The notes below the pieces were generated by a model. The model worked only from the letters and a program-made list of their open reading frames with translations. It was not told the DNA's origin and searched no databases. From a virus, in the IMG/VR virus record IMGVR_UViG_3300044683_000172, positions 1-64,000 of that record: 64,000 bases of DNA. The stretch is one strand, 5' to 3'. Each line of letters begins with the position of its first letter. Position 1 is the first letter of the stretch. The position numbers and the translations under genes were made by a program. This document shows, piece by piece, positions 54,134 to 63,844 of the stretch.

Positions 54134-56385
54134 TATCGTTTGATCGAATTCGATTGTTGGTTGACCAATGCGGTGTTTTCGGTCTTCTTGTAGAATTCTT
54201 CTTTGACCGCGCGAGCCGTGGCGAATGGGTTATCGGAGCCGTTGACGCTGATGATCACGGAATTCGCGCCAAACGTGATGTTTCTGCCTCCTTCAGCGCC
54301 CAGGCCGACGACTTCGCCGCCAACCTTCTTCATCGTCTCCAAGTTCTTCTGGGCGTCTTGCAATTCCCGTTTCAACTTGGCCACTTCCGTCGCAGGAAGG
54401 CCAATGCCTTCCAACCGCGTCTTAATGGAGTTGATGTGGTTGATTTGACCGTTGTACATCTCGCCCATGACCTTGGACATATCGCCCTTGGACAGGCCGC
54501 CCTGCTTGATCTGAGCGAAAGGCACTCCAGTGGCGGCTTCGATGTTCCTGATCACGTCGTCGCGCGCCATCGTTGACGGGGAAGGCGCCTCGAATCGTGC
54601 GCCCTTGTAGAACGGTCGAGCAGGAGCGACTTCAGCGCTTGCGGCTTGTCCGATGTTCTGCCCAAGAATGTACGAAGGGTAAGCATTCGTGTATCGTCCC
54701 CATTTCGCCTGATTCGGGCCGCCATGGTACATCTTGAGAGCCATCTCAACATTACCGCCAGTCGCCTTGAGGTTTTCGGCGAGAAGGCGCGTACCGCCCA
54801 TGATGTTGGATGCAGGATCATAAGCGTTCGCAATCCCGTACGCCTTTTGAATTTCCGGCATCAACTGCATCAACCCCATCGCGCCCTTTGGACTGGTGAT
54901 ATTAGGATCGAATTTGCTTTCGCCAGAAATGACCTTTTTGATGAGATCGAACGGGACGCCGTATTTTTTTGATGCCTCTGCAATCAAAGAGTCATAATTG
55001 TTGTTGATGCCGTTCGGAGCAAGCTTGATGCCCGCAACGATATCGCCAGGAGATGCGGCCGCGCCACGAGACAGGCCAGCGCCGGCCACCGGCGTTTCTC
55101 CGAAGCGAGGATGGGGTGGAGCGATGTTCCCCGATGGGCCTTGGTCGTTCCGAAGGCCCGAGGCTGCCCCGGCCAGTCCGGCCCAAGCGGCCCACGCCTC
55201 GCGCTCGTCGATGGCGTTGGCGAAGGACATCACGGCATTCGAGAACAAATTGGCGGCGCGCTCATATTGAATGATGTTCTGTCGCTCCAACTCTGCGCCC
55301 TTATTCGCCTCTTTGACCACTTTCTCTGTGGCCTTTTGCTGCCTTTCATCCGATTGGCCAATTGTGTCCTCGAAGGTCTTCGAGACTGCAGAACCCAGCG
55401 CGCCTGCGATCCCTTCTTCACCCGGATTCAAAAGCGCATTCTTCAAATTCTTCCAAAGATTAACGTGGAAGTCCTTGAATATATTCCATCCCTCAACGGC
55501 GCCCTTGGCACCTTCTTTCAGGCCCTTTGTAACAGTTTCTGCAACTTGTCCGAACGCCTCCAAAGCCGGAGTCAAGGAATCGGCCAGGGTCTGACGCGCT
55601 TCTCGAAGTTGCTCATCCGCCGCGCCCATAGAACGGCGGAAGGCTTCCATTGATGCGTTTGCTTTTTGACGCGCTTGGAATTCACCATTCGTGAGAGTTG
55701 ACGAGCGGCCTTGTTCGATGGCATATTCGCGAAGCGCCTTAGCTTGATCGATGGTAAGCCCGTTGACGGTGCCCATTGCAACTGCAACTTGCTCGGACGA
55801 AACCGCCATCTTGTCCATCATCTGCTTGATGGCTTCGGTTGTGCTTGTCAACTCGCCTTGCGGACCACGAACCGAAACACCGGCCATGCGCAAGGCGATG
55901 GACGCACGATTGTTCATGTTCGGATCGGTCTGAGCGGCCCGCAATTTGTCCGCGATTGTCTCGATGGCGTTTCGCGCGGCTTCGGGACCCACTCGGCCGC
56001 CAGAGCCTCTTGCGAATTGCCGTTGGAAATCTTCGACTTGAATCGGACTCATCCCAGCGCGCTGCGCCGTCGCTCTCTGTGCATCGTACTCGCGCATGTT
56101 GTAGGTGATGAGTTTAATGGCGCCCGCCACGGCCAGAAGCGCCGCGACTGCGCCATAGGCGGCTGGAGGAATCTTGGACAAGAGAACGCCCATGCGCTCA
56201 ATGCCGCCCAGCTTCGCGCCAATTTCGGGCATGACTCTGTTGGTCAACTCCTTGAACTTGTCGATGACCTTATCCTGCTCTGACGCGGTCTTTCGGACTT
56301 TGTCTTGCAGCTGCTCCAGACGCTTGATTGAGTCCTTTAGCTCAACCGTGTACTGGAGAACGAATTTGTCCAAAGAGTCGGCCAT
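54133..56385 (-). CDS. tail tape measure protein with internal soluble lytic transglycosylase (SLT) domain
   Basis: 750 aa, Ala/Gln-rich helical. SLT motif ESKFDPNITSPKGAMGLMQLMPE. Confidence 0.8.
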   Translation of the reverse strand: MADSLDKFVLQYTVELKDSIKRLEQLQDKVRKTASEQDKVIDKFKELTNRVMPEIGAKLGGIERMGVLLSKIPPAAYGAVAALLAVAGAIKLITYNMREYDAQRATAQRAGMSPIQVEDFQRQFARGSGGRVGPEAARNAIETIADKLRAAQTDPNMNNRASIALRMAGVSVRGPQGELTSTTEAIKQMMDKMAVSSEQVAVAMGTVNGLTIDQAKALREYAIEQGRSSTLTNGEFQARQKANASMEAFRRSMGAADEQLREARQTLADSLTPALEAFGQVAETVTKGLKEGAKGAVEGWNIFKDFHVNLWKNLKNALLNPGEEGIAGALGSAVSKTFEDTIGQSDERQQKATEKVVKEANKGAELERQNIIQYERAANLFSNAVMSFANAIDEREAWAAWAGLAGAASGLRNDQGPSGNIAPPHPRFGETPVAGAGLSRGAAASPGDIVAGIKLAPNGINNNYDSLIAEASKKYGVPFDLIKKVISGESKFDPNITSPKGAMGLMQLMPEIQKAYGIANAYDPASNIMGGTRLLAENLKATGGNVEMALKMYHGGPNQAKWGRYTNAYPSYILGQNIGQAASAEVAPARPFYKGARFEAPSPSTMARDDVIRNIEAATGVPFAQIKQGGLSKGDMSKVMGEMYNGQINHINSIKTRLEGIGLPATEVAKLKRELQDAQKNLETMKKVGGEVVGLGAEGGRNITFGANSVIISVNGSDNPFATARAVKEEFYKKTENTALVNQQSNSIKR

Positions 56386-56391
56386 GGATTA

Positions 56392-56832
56392 TTACCCTTG
56401 AGATTCTTGATCTTTGATCGTTTGCTCCATCGCCGGCCCCATCAACTTGACCACATTGGTGATGAATGCGACGGCCATGTCGCCGCCAACTTGCTCCCAG
56501 TAGCCAGGGCGATCAGCGTGCGTGTCCGGGTTGATGCCGTTGCGCTCCAGGATAGTCCGGAACACGATGTTGATCGCTTCCCACGAGCGAAGATGGTTCT
56601 CGACCACGGCGACGGTGTTGATTGGAATGCGGGTATCGTTGACGATGATTGCCGCATGGCTGAGAACTTCCAGCGTGTAAGCGCGTCGCAGGTCTTTGTC
56701 CGAGGTCGATACAAATTCGAGATAGCGGTGCTGGATGTCCCAGCCGTCCATGGCAGGGAATTTCCCGATGGCGATTGCTCGCGATTCACCATTCTCCAAT
56801 TCGATTGTCAGGATGTGATCGATTTCATTCAT
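56392..56832 (-). CDS. putative tail assembly chaperone
   Basis: 146-aa gene just upstream of the tape measure. Confidence 0.4.
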   Translation of the reverse strand: MNEIDHILTIELENGESRAIAIGKFPAMDGWDIQHRYLEFVSTSDKDLRRAYTLEVLSHAAIIVNDTRIPINTVAVVENHLRSWEAINIVFRTILERNGINPDTHADRPGYWEQVGGDMAVAFITNVVKLMGPAMEQTIKDQESQG

Positions 56833-57404
56833 GGTAAGATTCCGATGGTTTTGGCCACCTTATTATACAGGTCACCGACTTGTTTTGTGATGCTCACCGG
56901 AGATTGGAGACGAACGCCGCGAGTCGGTTGGTCAGCAGGTTGCGCGGCGACGAAGTTGTCCGGCTTCGCAGAGCCAATTGCTTGCTCCAATTCCATGGTG
57001 AGCAATGATGCCGTGATATTCTCGGGCGTCTGCTCAATCTCAAGGGAAATGATCACCATCGAATCGGATATCATCGATTTGGAAGTGACTTGCAACGTCG
57101 CTTCCTGATCAAGAAAGGACTGAATCACAGAATTCGTTGTCGATATATCGGGCGACCAAAATGCGACTTTAATTCGATGAGGCCGAATTATCTTGCCTGT
57201 TTGCAGGTCTGCTTCAAGAAGCTTTTTATATTCGCCTTGCGCGTTGATCTGAATCGCGGACAAGGGCATGTAAGTGTTCTCTGATTCCGCTGCAATTTCA
57301 ACCGAGCGCACCTTTATGTTTTGCCAACGAATGGTATTGGTCCGTTCATCGATAATTTTGATGGACGGCTTGCTTAGAAGAGATGTGACCAAAGAGGCGG
57401 GCAT
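56829..57404 (-). CDS. tail-module protein, paralog of 57407-57946
   Basis: Shares MP(A/V)S(L/F)V(T/S)SLLS N-terminus, EQTPEN and AQP(A/G)D motifs with the neighbour. Confidence 0.5.
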   Translation of the reverse strand: MPASLVTSLLSKPSIKIIDERTNTIRWQNIKVRSVEIAAESENTYMPLSAIQINAQGEYKKLLEADLQTGKIIRPHRIKVAFWSPDISTTNSVIQSFLDQEATLQVTSKSMISDSMVIISLEIEQTPENITASLLTMELEQAIGSAKPDNFVAAQPADQPTRGVRLQSPVSITKQVGDLYNKVAKTIGILP

Positions 57405-57406
57405 GC

Positions 57407-57946
57407 TTATACCCCCAAGACCTTTCCGACCTGTTCTCTGGCGCGGCTGAACAAATCCTGTGCGGTCTGCGCGGCATTATTCAGCGCCGCGATGCCGCGA
57501 TCTACAATCGATGCATCCCCTGGTTGTGCCGTGATCTTTTGCTGCGTTCCTTCCAGGAGGATTTGTTGGAACATGATCCTTGTTGGAATAGACGAAAGAT
57601 TCTCAGGCGTCTGACTGATGCCATCGTGCATGAGCATCATGTTATCGAAAATCAGCCCTTTGCTAGTGATCTGATATAGCGAAGAGCGATCTTCAAAGAC
57701 GCCCATGACTTGCCCTGCGACATTTAAATCCGGGCAGATGAATTCAATCTCAAGACTGCAGGGAAGTATGATTCTGGTGTCTATGATCGAATTGCCGTCT
57801 TCCAGCATATGTCGCATGGCAGCGGCCGACAGATACGCCTTGGTGCGCAGCACCTTTACTTGGCGCATCACCTGAAAGCCGCGCGTGACATTCATCACCT
57901 TCAGAGGCGTCGGGCTCAGAAGGCTGGATACAAAGGAAACGGGCAT
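57407..57946 (-). CDS. tail-module protein, paralog of 56829-57404
   Basis: See paralog. Tandem duplication. Confidence 0.5.
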   Translation of the reverse strand: MPVSFVSSLLSPTPLKVMNVTRGFQVMRQVKVLRTKAYLSAAAMRHMLEDGNSIIDTRIILPCSLEIEFICPDLNVAGQVMGVFEDRSSLYQITSKGLIFDNMMLMHDGISQTPENLSSIPTRIMFQQILLEGTQQKITAQPGDASIVDRGIAALNNAAQTAQDLFSRAREQVGKVLGV

Positions 57947-58443
57947 TACAATAGCCCCAGGAGATTCTGACCAATCGTCGCCGCGACTTGAAGACCGCTT
58001 TGGAGGCCGGCGAACGATCCGAAGGCAAATGTGTACGTGTTGGCCTTCTTTCGGCCCGTTTGGATGATGCTGTCTGCGAGTGGCCCTTTGACAATCGTTC
58101 CATTCGTCAACATCACCATCCCATTGTTTGGATACTGAATGGACATCGATGTCACATCTTCAATCGGCAAAATCGATGGACCGCTCTTTTTATTGGAAAG
58201 CAGAATGCGAAGATTCATGTCATCTTCGCTTCCTGGAATCACGGATACGTGCGCCAATACAGGAGCCGCACTTTCGAAGGAGTACAATCCGCCATCGTAC
58301 ATCATTTCATACCCGACGGGTTGGACTTCTTCGAAAATGATAGGGTCAACATCATCAGCGAATTCGGACAAGGTGAATCCCATAGGGAAGGTCTGGAGGG
58401 CCAGAACCGTAACCTTGGCTCCAAATCCGCTGATGTTTTGCAT
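57946..58443 (-). CDS. tail tube-like protein, paralog of 59359-59823
   Basis: MQNISGFG... and FPMGFTLSEFADD match MQNISGYG... and FPTGFSITEFADD of the other copy. Confidence 0.5.
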   Translation of the reverse strand: MQNISGFGAKVTVLALQTFPMGFTLSEFADDVDPIIFEEVQPVGYEMMYDGGLYSFESAAPVLAHVSVIPGSEDDMNLRILLSNKKSGPSILPIEDVTSMSIQYPNNGMVMLTNGTIVKGPLADSIIQTGRKKANTYTFAFGSFAGLQSGLQVAATIGQNLLGLL

Positions 58444-58466
58444 GTCCTATTTCCTGGTAAGTCGCC

Positions 58467-58676
58467 TTACTTGGCCGTCGTCGTCTTGGCGTCGGACGGC
58501 TTGGCTTGCTCGGCCTTCTTGGTGGCAGGCGCTTGCTCCGACTCGCCGTTGGCCGAGCTTGCGTCTTCGGAGGCTTGCTTTGCCGAGTCGGCCTTGACGT
58601 CTTGGTTGGGCGTGAAGGTGTTGTCGCCGGTCGCGTGATCGATGCGGAGAACGCCGTTGCTGAATTGGATGGTCAT
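58467..58676 (-). CDS. hypothetical small tail-module protein
   Basis: 69-aa ORF with Ala/Lys-rich C-terminus. Confidence 0.35.
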   Translation of the reverse strand: MTIQFSNGVLRIDHATGDNTFTPNQDVKADSAKQASEDASSANGESEQAPATKKAEQAKPSDAKTTTAK

Positions 58677-59029
58677 GATTGGTTGCTCACAGTCAATTGG
58701 CCGTAGATCGTTAGGATTTGGGCCGTGAAAAAGAAACCATCGCCACGGATATCAATGCTGAGTGACTCAACGCTCAAAACGTCAGGCACGCTCAGTATCG
58801 CATCCGTCAGCGACTTCCGCGCGGCGTCCACATCTCTATGTGCCGTGAAGATGGTTCCGAGGTAATCGACACCATTTAGCACGTTGTAGATGTCTTCAGT
58901 TGTGCGCATCAAAGTCTTATGCAGCACGTTCTGGGCGCACGCCGCAGCGCCGGTGATGATTGCCAGGTTCCGTCCGTCGGGCAAGAACAGATCATTGTTG
59001 GAGTCAGTCTGGATGGTCGCTGTGGCCAT
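58673..59029 (-). CDS. hypothetical tail-module protein
   Basis: 118-aa ORF with overlapping start and stop. Confidence 0.45.
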   Translation of the reverse strand: MATATIQTDSNNDLFLPDGRNLAIITGAAACAQNVLHKTLMRTTEDIYNVLNGVDYLGTIFTAHRDVDAARKSLTDAILSVPDVLSVESLSIDIRGDGFFFTAQILTIYGQLTVSNQS

Positions 59030-59358
59030 TACACACTTCCTCGCTTCAACATCGCTGAATATGCCGCGAATTCGGTCTTGTTCAAATACATCAGCGAAAC
59101 TGCTTGGTCAAAGTTGGTCCAGTCAGGTTCGCCATCAAAAACGAAGTTCCCGAAATCCGGAGCGTACATATAACTGTACGGCATCAGAGGTTCGCCGCTT
59201 ACGCAGCGAATGCCCCGGATTATGTCCTGGCCATTTCGTCGGATATCAGCGCACATATGCGTGATCGCCTGGAAGATTCGAACTTGCCAGAAGGCGCCGT
59301 CAACGTTGAAGGAGACGGCTTGGTTCGGGATCGCGGCCAGCGGAACCTGATACATCAC
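59029..59358 (-). CDS. hypothetical tail-module protein
   Basis: 109-aa ORF. Confidence 0.45.
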   Translation of the reverse strand: MMYQVPLAAIPNQAVSFNVDGAFWQVRIFQAITHMCADIRRNGQDIIRGIRCVSGEPLMPYSYMYAPDFGNFVFDGEPDWTNFDQAVSLMYLNKTEFAAYSAMLKRGSV

Positions 59359-59823
59359 TTACGCCTGTTGCGCGTTCGGGTTGGTGCGCGAGATGTTTTC
59401 AAAACGGAAGCGGTATGCATTCGTTTTGAACCGACCCGAGCTTGCAACTCGATTGATGAACGGACCGGTGACGACGGCGCCGGAGTTCAGGTTTGCGATT
59501 TCACCCGTCGGATAGTTGATCGTCATGTCAACCACGTCACGAGCGCCGCGCTTCTTGAAACCGACGCGGTTCGCTTCCACAAGCGCTTTCAGGTTCACGT
59601 CCGCGTCGCTGTTCGGAATCACCGCGATGGTGATTTCCAGACCTTGCGGCCGCGACCAGATGACCATGTTGCCGTTGAGACCAAAGGCGGTGTCTGCCAG
59701 GTCCAGGTCCGGGCTGTCCAGCGGGTCGGCGTCGTCAGCGAATTCGGTGATGGAGAAGCCGGTCGGGAAGCTGTTGGAGGCCACCAGGCTCGCGCTCAAG
59801 CCGTAGCCGGAAATGTTTTGCAT
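59359..59823 (-). CDS. tail tube-like protein (directly after sheath), paralog of 57946-58443
   Basis: Position immediately downstream of the sheath-like gene. 154 aa. Confidence 0.5.
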   Translation of the reverse strand: MQNISGYGLSASLVASNSFPTGFSITEFADDADPLDSPDLDLADTAFGLNGNMVIWSRPQGLEITIAVIPNSDADVNLKALVEANRVGFKKRGARDVVDMTINYPTGEIANLNSGAVVTGPFINRVASSGRFKTNAYRFRFENISRTNPNAQQA

Positions 59824-59895
59824 GTCTAACTCCTGTTGCTCGGGATTATACGAGGCAGCGCCCTATCAGAACTACTGAAAGGGCGCTGGTCACGT

Positions 59896-61413
59896 TTAGA
59901 TCAGAACGTCGCTGCCTTCCACGTAACGGATAACGTCATCCTTGGAGTAGATCAGCTGGTAGACCGCTTTGTACTCCTTCAACTTGGTGTTGTTGTTCAC
60001 ATAATCGGTGAACGTGAGGTCGATCCAGTAGCCGATGTTTTGGACTTGCCGCCAAGCCATCGCATCGCCGCTGACGCGCGTGATGTACTGCTTCTGGAGT
60101 TCGGTCAGCGTCTTCCCGGCGCTGATGACGCCGTTGTTGCGGGCCTTGGTGATGATCGATTGGATGATTGCCAGGAGCATGGCTTGGCCGATTTCGTTGG
60201 CCGGCACTTCAGGCGAATTCAAGAACAGCGCCAGAACTTGTGCCGAGATTGCCGACTTCAGCCACATCTCGTTGGCGTACGTGTTCATGTCCAGCGCAGC
60301 CTGAGAGCCGCCCATCAGCAAGCCGCGCTGATAGAAGGAGAACAGTTGGCCGGCCGATTGCGTCACGCCGATATAGTTCGCGCGCAGGGCGTCCATCTGG
60401 TCGGCCATCGCATCGGTGGAGACCGTTGCAGGACGCGCCGGGAACTGGTAGAACATGTAGTTCTGGGTTGCATTCACCGTGTTGTAGTTGGTCGCCGCGA
60501 GAATTTCGCAGGGCGATTGCTCAATGAACTCGTTCGCGGTGCCGGCCATGATGTTGAGTGCGCAACCGCTGTACGGCAGAAGCAACGGCGACAGCGTAGT
60601 GGCATCCGCAGGCAGCGCGGCCAGGGAGTACATGTACATGTTGTTCTGCGCGTCGTTCCATGCGGCAATGGCGACGATTTCATCGTTCGTCAGAGCGACG
60701 GACGGCGTGCAGAAGATGAACGAGCCGAAGTTGTTGCTGATGTCCGACGACTTTGCAACGGCCTGATCCGGGGTATCAGCGGCTTGGCCGGAGACGGCGA
60801 CCGCGTTGCCGGTGGACCAACCCAGCGCCACGGACATGTCCTGGGGATCGTTCGTTGCAATGCACTTGATGGAGCCGCTGCCCGTGACGCTGCCGGTGAG
60901 CACAAATTGATTCGTGTTGCTGTTGTACGTCACCGTCGCGTTGGTAAGCTGAGCTTCGGTGCTGGTGCGAATCTTCGCTTGCACTGCCGCAGCAACCTGC
61001 GTGAGATCGGTCGATCCGCTGGTGTTGATGGCGTCGATGGAGACCGGCGAATTGCCGACCATCAAGCTGAGCTTGCCAGCGTTGAATTGGGCGAAAGTCG
61101 AAATGTCCTTCGGCAAGGAATCGCCGACGATCATCGGAGCAATGGCGGCATTGACCCAGCGCGCGAAACTGATCAGCGTCGGCGATTGGATCGACTTGCT
61201 GACAAAGGTGAAGTATGCGAGAGCGCGCCGGTACTCTTCCGAGTTCGTGCCAAAGTATGCACCGACTGCATCGGAAGTGCCGAATTCAGCGACGATGCCA
61301 GGCGGCAGAACGCTGTTTTGAGTCATCGCCCGCATGATGAGTTGGCGTTCGGCAACCGCCACGCCAGCTCCCACACCGGAAACGATACGGATATAACGCC
61401 GTTGATTGATCAT
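59896..61413 (-). CDS. tail sheath protein (tentative; a major structural protein of about 500 aa)
   Basis: 505 aa. Lies between the virion-morphogenesis/neck genes and the tube-like gene. Ala/Ser/Thr-rich. Confidence 0.5.
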   Translation of the reverse strand: MINQRRYIRIVSGVGAGVAVAERQLIMRAMTQNSVLPPGIVAEFGTSDAVGAYFGTNSEEYRRALAYFTFVSKSIQSPTLISFARWVNAAIAPMIVGDSLPKDISTFAQFNAGKLSLMVGNSPVSIDAINTSGSTDLTQVAAAVQAKIRTSTEAQLTNATVTYNSNTNQFVLTGSVTGSGSIKCIATNDPQDMSVALGWSTGNAVAVSGQAADTPDQAVAKSSDISNNFGSFIFCTPSVALTNDEIVAIAAWNDAQNNMYMYSLAALPADATTLSPLLLPYSGCALNIMAGTANEFIEQSPCEILAATNYNTVNATQNYMFYQFPARPATVSTDAMADQMDALRANYIGVTQSAGQLFSFYQRGLLMGGSQAALDMNTYANEMWLKSAISAQVLALFLNSPEVPANEIGQAMLLAIIQSIITKARNNGVISAGKTLTELQKQYITRVSGDAMAWRQVQNIGYWIDLTFTDYVNNNTKLKEYKAVYQLIYSKDDVIRYVEGSDVLI

Positions 61414-61421
61414 TGCTTACC

Positions 61422-61898
61422 TCAAACGATTTTGCTGTTGACGGTTTTCCACATGTGGGCCGAATCAATCAGCGGTTTATCAAAGCCCTTCTTTTTCACC
61501 GTGGATGGTGCATTCTTCTCCCATCCGCCATTTCTGATGCTACGTACAATAGTAGCCACCAAAAAATCTCCAATTTGCGCCAAAGCTTGTTCTTGTGTTA
61601 TTTCGCCTGCAACAACCTTCTTCGCCAATTTAACTTGCACTTCAACCCGACGTTGGTTAAAGTCGCTCCAAGCCTTTCGCATAAACGGACGAGCCGGGAT
61701 AACTATCTTGTGTCCGTCTCGCTCGATAGTCGCTCCAAACTCTTGGATTCGCGCGACCGCCGCGACTGGTATGCCGACACTCTTGCCTTTCGCTGCTGGA
61801 TACCGGTCTGATTCGAACCATCCCGCTTCAACGGTCTTGTGTTCGATTCCTTTGAGAGCCTTCAAATGCCTCTCGATAAGTTCAGACTTGGCTTTCAC
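61422..61898 (-). CDS. phage virion morphogenesis / tail completion protein (Mu gpG / Phage_tail_S-like)
   Basis: GFDKPLIDSAHMWK motif characteristic of this family. Confidence 0.6.
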   Translation of the reverse strand: MKAKSELIERHLKALKGIEHKTVEAGWFESDRYPAAKGKSVGIPVAAVARIQEFGATIERDGHKIVIPARPFMRKAWSDFNQRRVEVQVKLAKKVVAGEITQEQALAQIGDFLVATIVRSIRNGGWEKNAPSTVKKKGFDKPLIDSAHMWKTVNSKIV

Positions 61899-62488
61899 GG
61901 AACAGGATAAACTTCAATTTCAGCACTTCGAACAACTCCGATGTCATTTTCAATCGATCTGATGTGAGTCAGAACAATATCAAAACTCGGATAAGCCTCA
62001 AATCGAAGCTTATCATCTTCAAAGTACGGGTTTCGAACTTCCGTGACCCGATACATGCCAACATTCGCGATCTTCAATTTCCGAACGGTTGCGCGACTGC
62101 CAATCAGCATTCGAAGTCTCTCGGTGATGTCTGCGGCAGTCGGAAGCGTTATGTCTTTTGGATCTTCCTGAATGAAAGAACTGATTTGGAAAGTCGTTTG
62201 AAACCATTGACTTTCCTTTTCTTTGAAAACATCTTCGGCAGGAACGTACGAATAATCTGATTTTGCAAATCCGTACTGAGTGCTGAAAAGTTTTTCAAAA
62301 AAGACTGATGGACCTTCCGGCATGCCTTCTTGATGCGGCTGGTTTTTCTGGATGACCGGATATGTCCACCCTGATGCCGCGACTGCTTCTTCAAGCAGAC
62401 CGGCCACCAGGATTTTCAGTTCATTGTCAGTCACTTGGATCGCCTTTGAATACGCCAACATCAACGGCCAAGCAACTTGCCCAGCCAT
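61895..62488 (-). CDS. hypothetical neck / head-tail joining protein
   Basis: 197-aa ORF in the neck module. Confidence 0.45.
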   Translation of the reverse strand: MAGQVAWPLMLAYSKAIQVTDNELKILVAGLLEEAVAASGWTYPVIQKNQPHQEGMPEGPSVFFEKLFSTQYGFAKSDYSYVPAEDVFKEKESQWFQTTFQISSFIQEDPKDITLPTAADITERLRMLIGSRATVRKLKIANVGMYRVTEVRNPYFEDDKLRFEAYPSFDIVLTHIRSIENDIGVVRSAEIEVYPVP

Positions 62489-62816
62489 CTTGAATAAACC
62501 AATCAGTTTGGCTATTCAGTTGATACAAATGTCCATTCCAAACAAATTTGTCTCCTGACGTATCCCTTGAAAGATCGAAGAAATCGACAGGAGCAAAGAT
62601 TTTGATATACTGCTTTTGAAGGTCCAGACCAAGTTGTTGGTAGACGTTTCGAGAAACTGCCTGGACGGAAGCTTTAATCACAATCGGATCGGCATATGCC
62701 GAAATCCATTGCTTAACTGGATTAAGCGTTCGTCCAAGCCACTTGTAATAAGTGATATTCGTTGGCTTGATTAGTCGGATTGCCTGTTTAAACAGGTTGG
62801 AGCCGGGAGTACTCAC
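62427..62816 (-). CDS. hypothetical neck-module protein
   Basis: 129-aa ORF. Confidence 0.4.
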   Translation of the reverse strand: MSTPGSNLFKQAIRLIKPTNITYYKWLGRTLNPVKQWISAYADPIVIKASVQAVSRNVYQQLGLDLQKQYIKIFAPVDFFDLSRDTSGDKFVWNGHLYQLNSQTDWFIQDGWASCLAVDVGVFKGDPSD

Positions 62817-63280
62817 AGGAATACGCCCCCAATTTTACGGAAGCCTGTACGCTCGGGCAAGCCGCCGATGGCCAATCCGCCAACGGCCAGCAACGATACA
62901 AGCGCCCAAATTTGTTGGCCATATGGCGTTTGAGCGAGCCAGAATTGCCATCCATCAGCGGCTGGCGGCGTCATACGCGCGACGCTGATTTCACCAATGT
63001 GCGACGATGTTTCATATCCGCCTGCGGCCGGGATCGAAGCGCCACCGGCTTGGCCGGACGTGTCACCGTCGGCCTGAGAAGACAGCGCCAAAAGATGCGC
63101 CGTCATGAGGTTCAGAATTGCGGTCCTCTGTTTGCCGCTGATCGATCCGCAAGGACATCCTTGCGTACCAATGAAGGCCGTCGCCAAATCCCAGTACATC
63201 TCCAGCATTGCATCTGGATATTTCTGGGTGTCTTTGAATTCCGGGAACATCTCCCGGAATTTTGCCGGATCGAATTCCAT
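62813..63280 (-). CDS. hypothetical head-completion / neck protein
   Basis: 155-aa ORF. Hydrophobic C-terminus. Confidence 0.45.
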   Translation of the reverse strand: MEFDPAKFREMFPEFKDTQKYPDAMLEMYWDLATAFIGTQGCPCGSISGKQRTAILNLMTAHLLALSSQADGDTSGQAGGASIPAAGGYETSSHIGEISVARMTPPAADGWQFWLAQTPYGQQIWALVSLLAVGGLAIGGLPERTGFRKIGGVFL

Positions 63281-63296
63281 GGCGACGGCCTTTTGG

Positions 63297-63734
63297 TTAA
63301 ATGCGGAACTGGGTTTCTTGTTCGAGTTCCAGAGGCGTCTTGACCTTCACTTTGGTCTTGAACGTCTCAGGCGTCAGCTGCGCAAAGTCGTCGCGCTGAT
63401 TCATGTCTCGGACGATTTCTTTCACAGCCTTGTGATTGCCGGAGATGTCGCTGTTGAGGACTTTGACCCAGCCGCCTTCGAGATGTTGCTTGAAAAGCCA
63501 GTGGTCTTTGAGCCTGTCATATTGCTCTTCGGTGATGCTTGTGACGATGCCCTTGGCCGTCCAAATCGGCATTCCTTCTTTGTCCTGTGTCTGGTCCCCG
63601 AAGCCAGATCGAATCGACGGAAGGCCCGCGCCGCCGTGGATCAGAACGCCGTGCTTCTTGCGCGGAAGGTCGCCAATCGTCTCATACCAGTTGTATGAAA
63701 TCGAATTGGTCATGGTGCTGAGGATATATTTCAT
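63297..63734 (-). CDS. hypothetical head-module protein
   Basis: 145-aa ORF. Confidence 0.45.
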   Translation of the reverse strand: MKYILSTMTNSISYNWYETIGDLPRKKHGVLIHGGAGLPSIRSGFGDQTQDKEGMPIWTAKGIVTSITEEQYDRLKDHWLFKQHLEGGWVKVLNSDISGNHKAVKEIVRDMNQRDDFAQLTPETFKTKVKVKTPLELEQETQFRI

Positions 63735-63844
63735 GATGCGTAGTCCTTGTAGTTACGCCGATTTCAGCCCCTACAGCCTCATCGGTCGGGTGAAAGTAAG
63801 GCCGCGCGATGGCGGCCTTACTTGTGTTCAGGCCGAAGCCCGAT

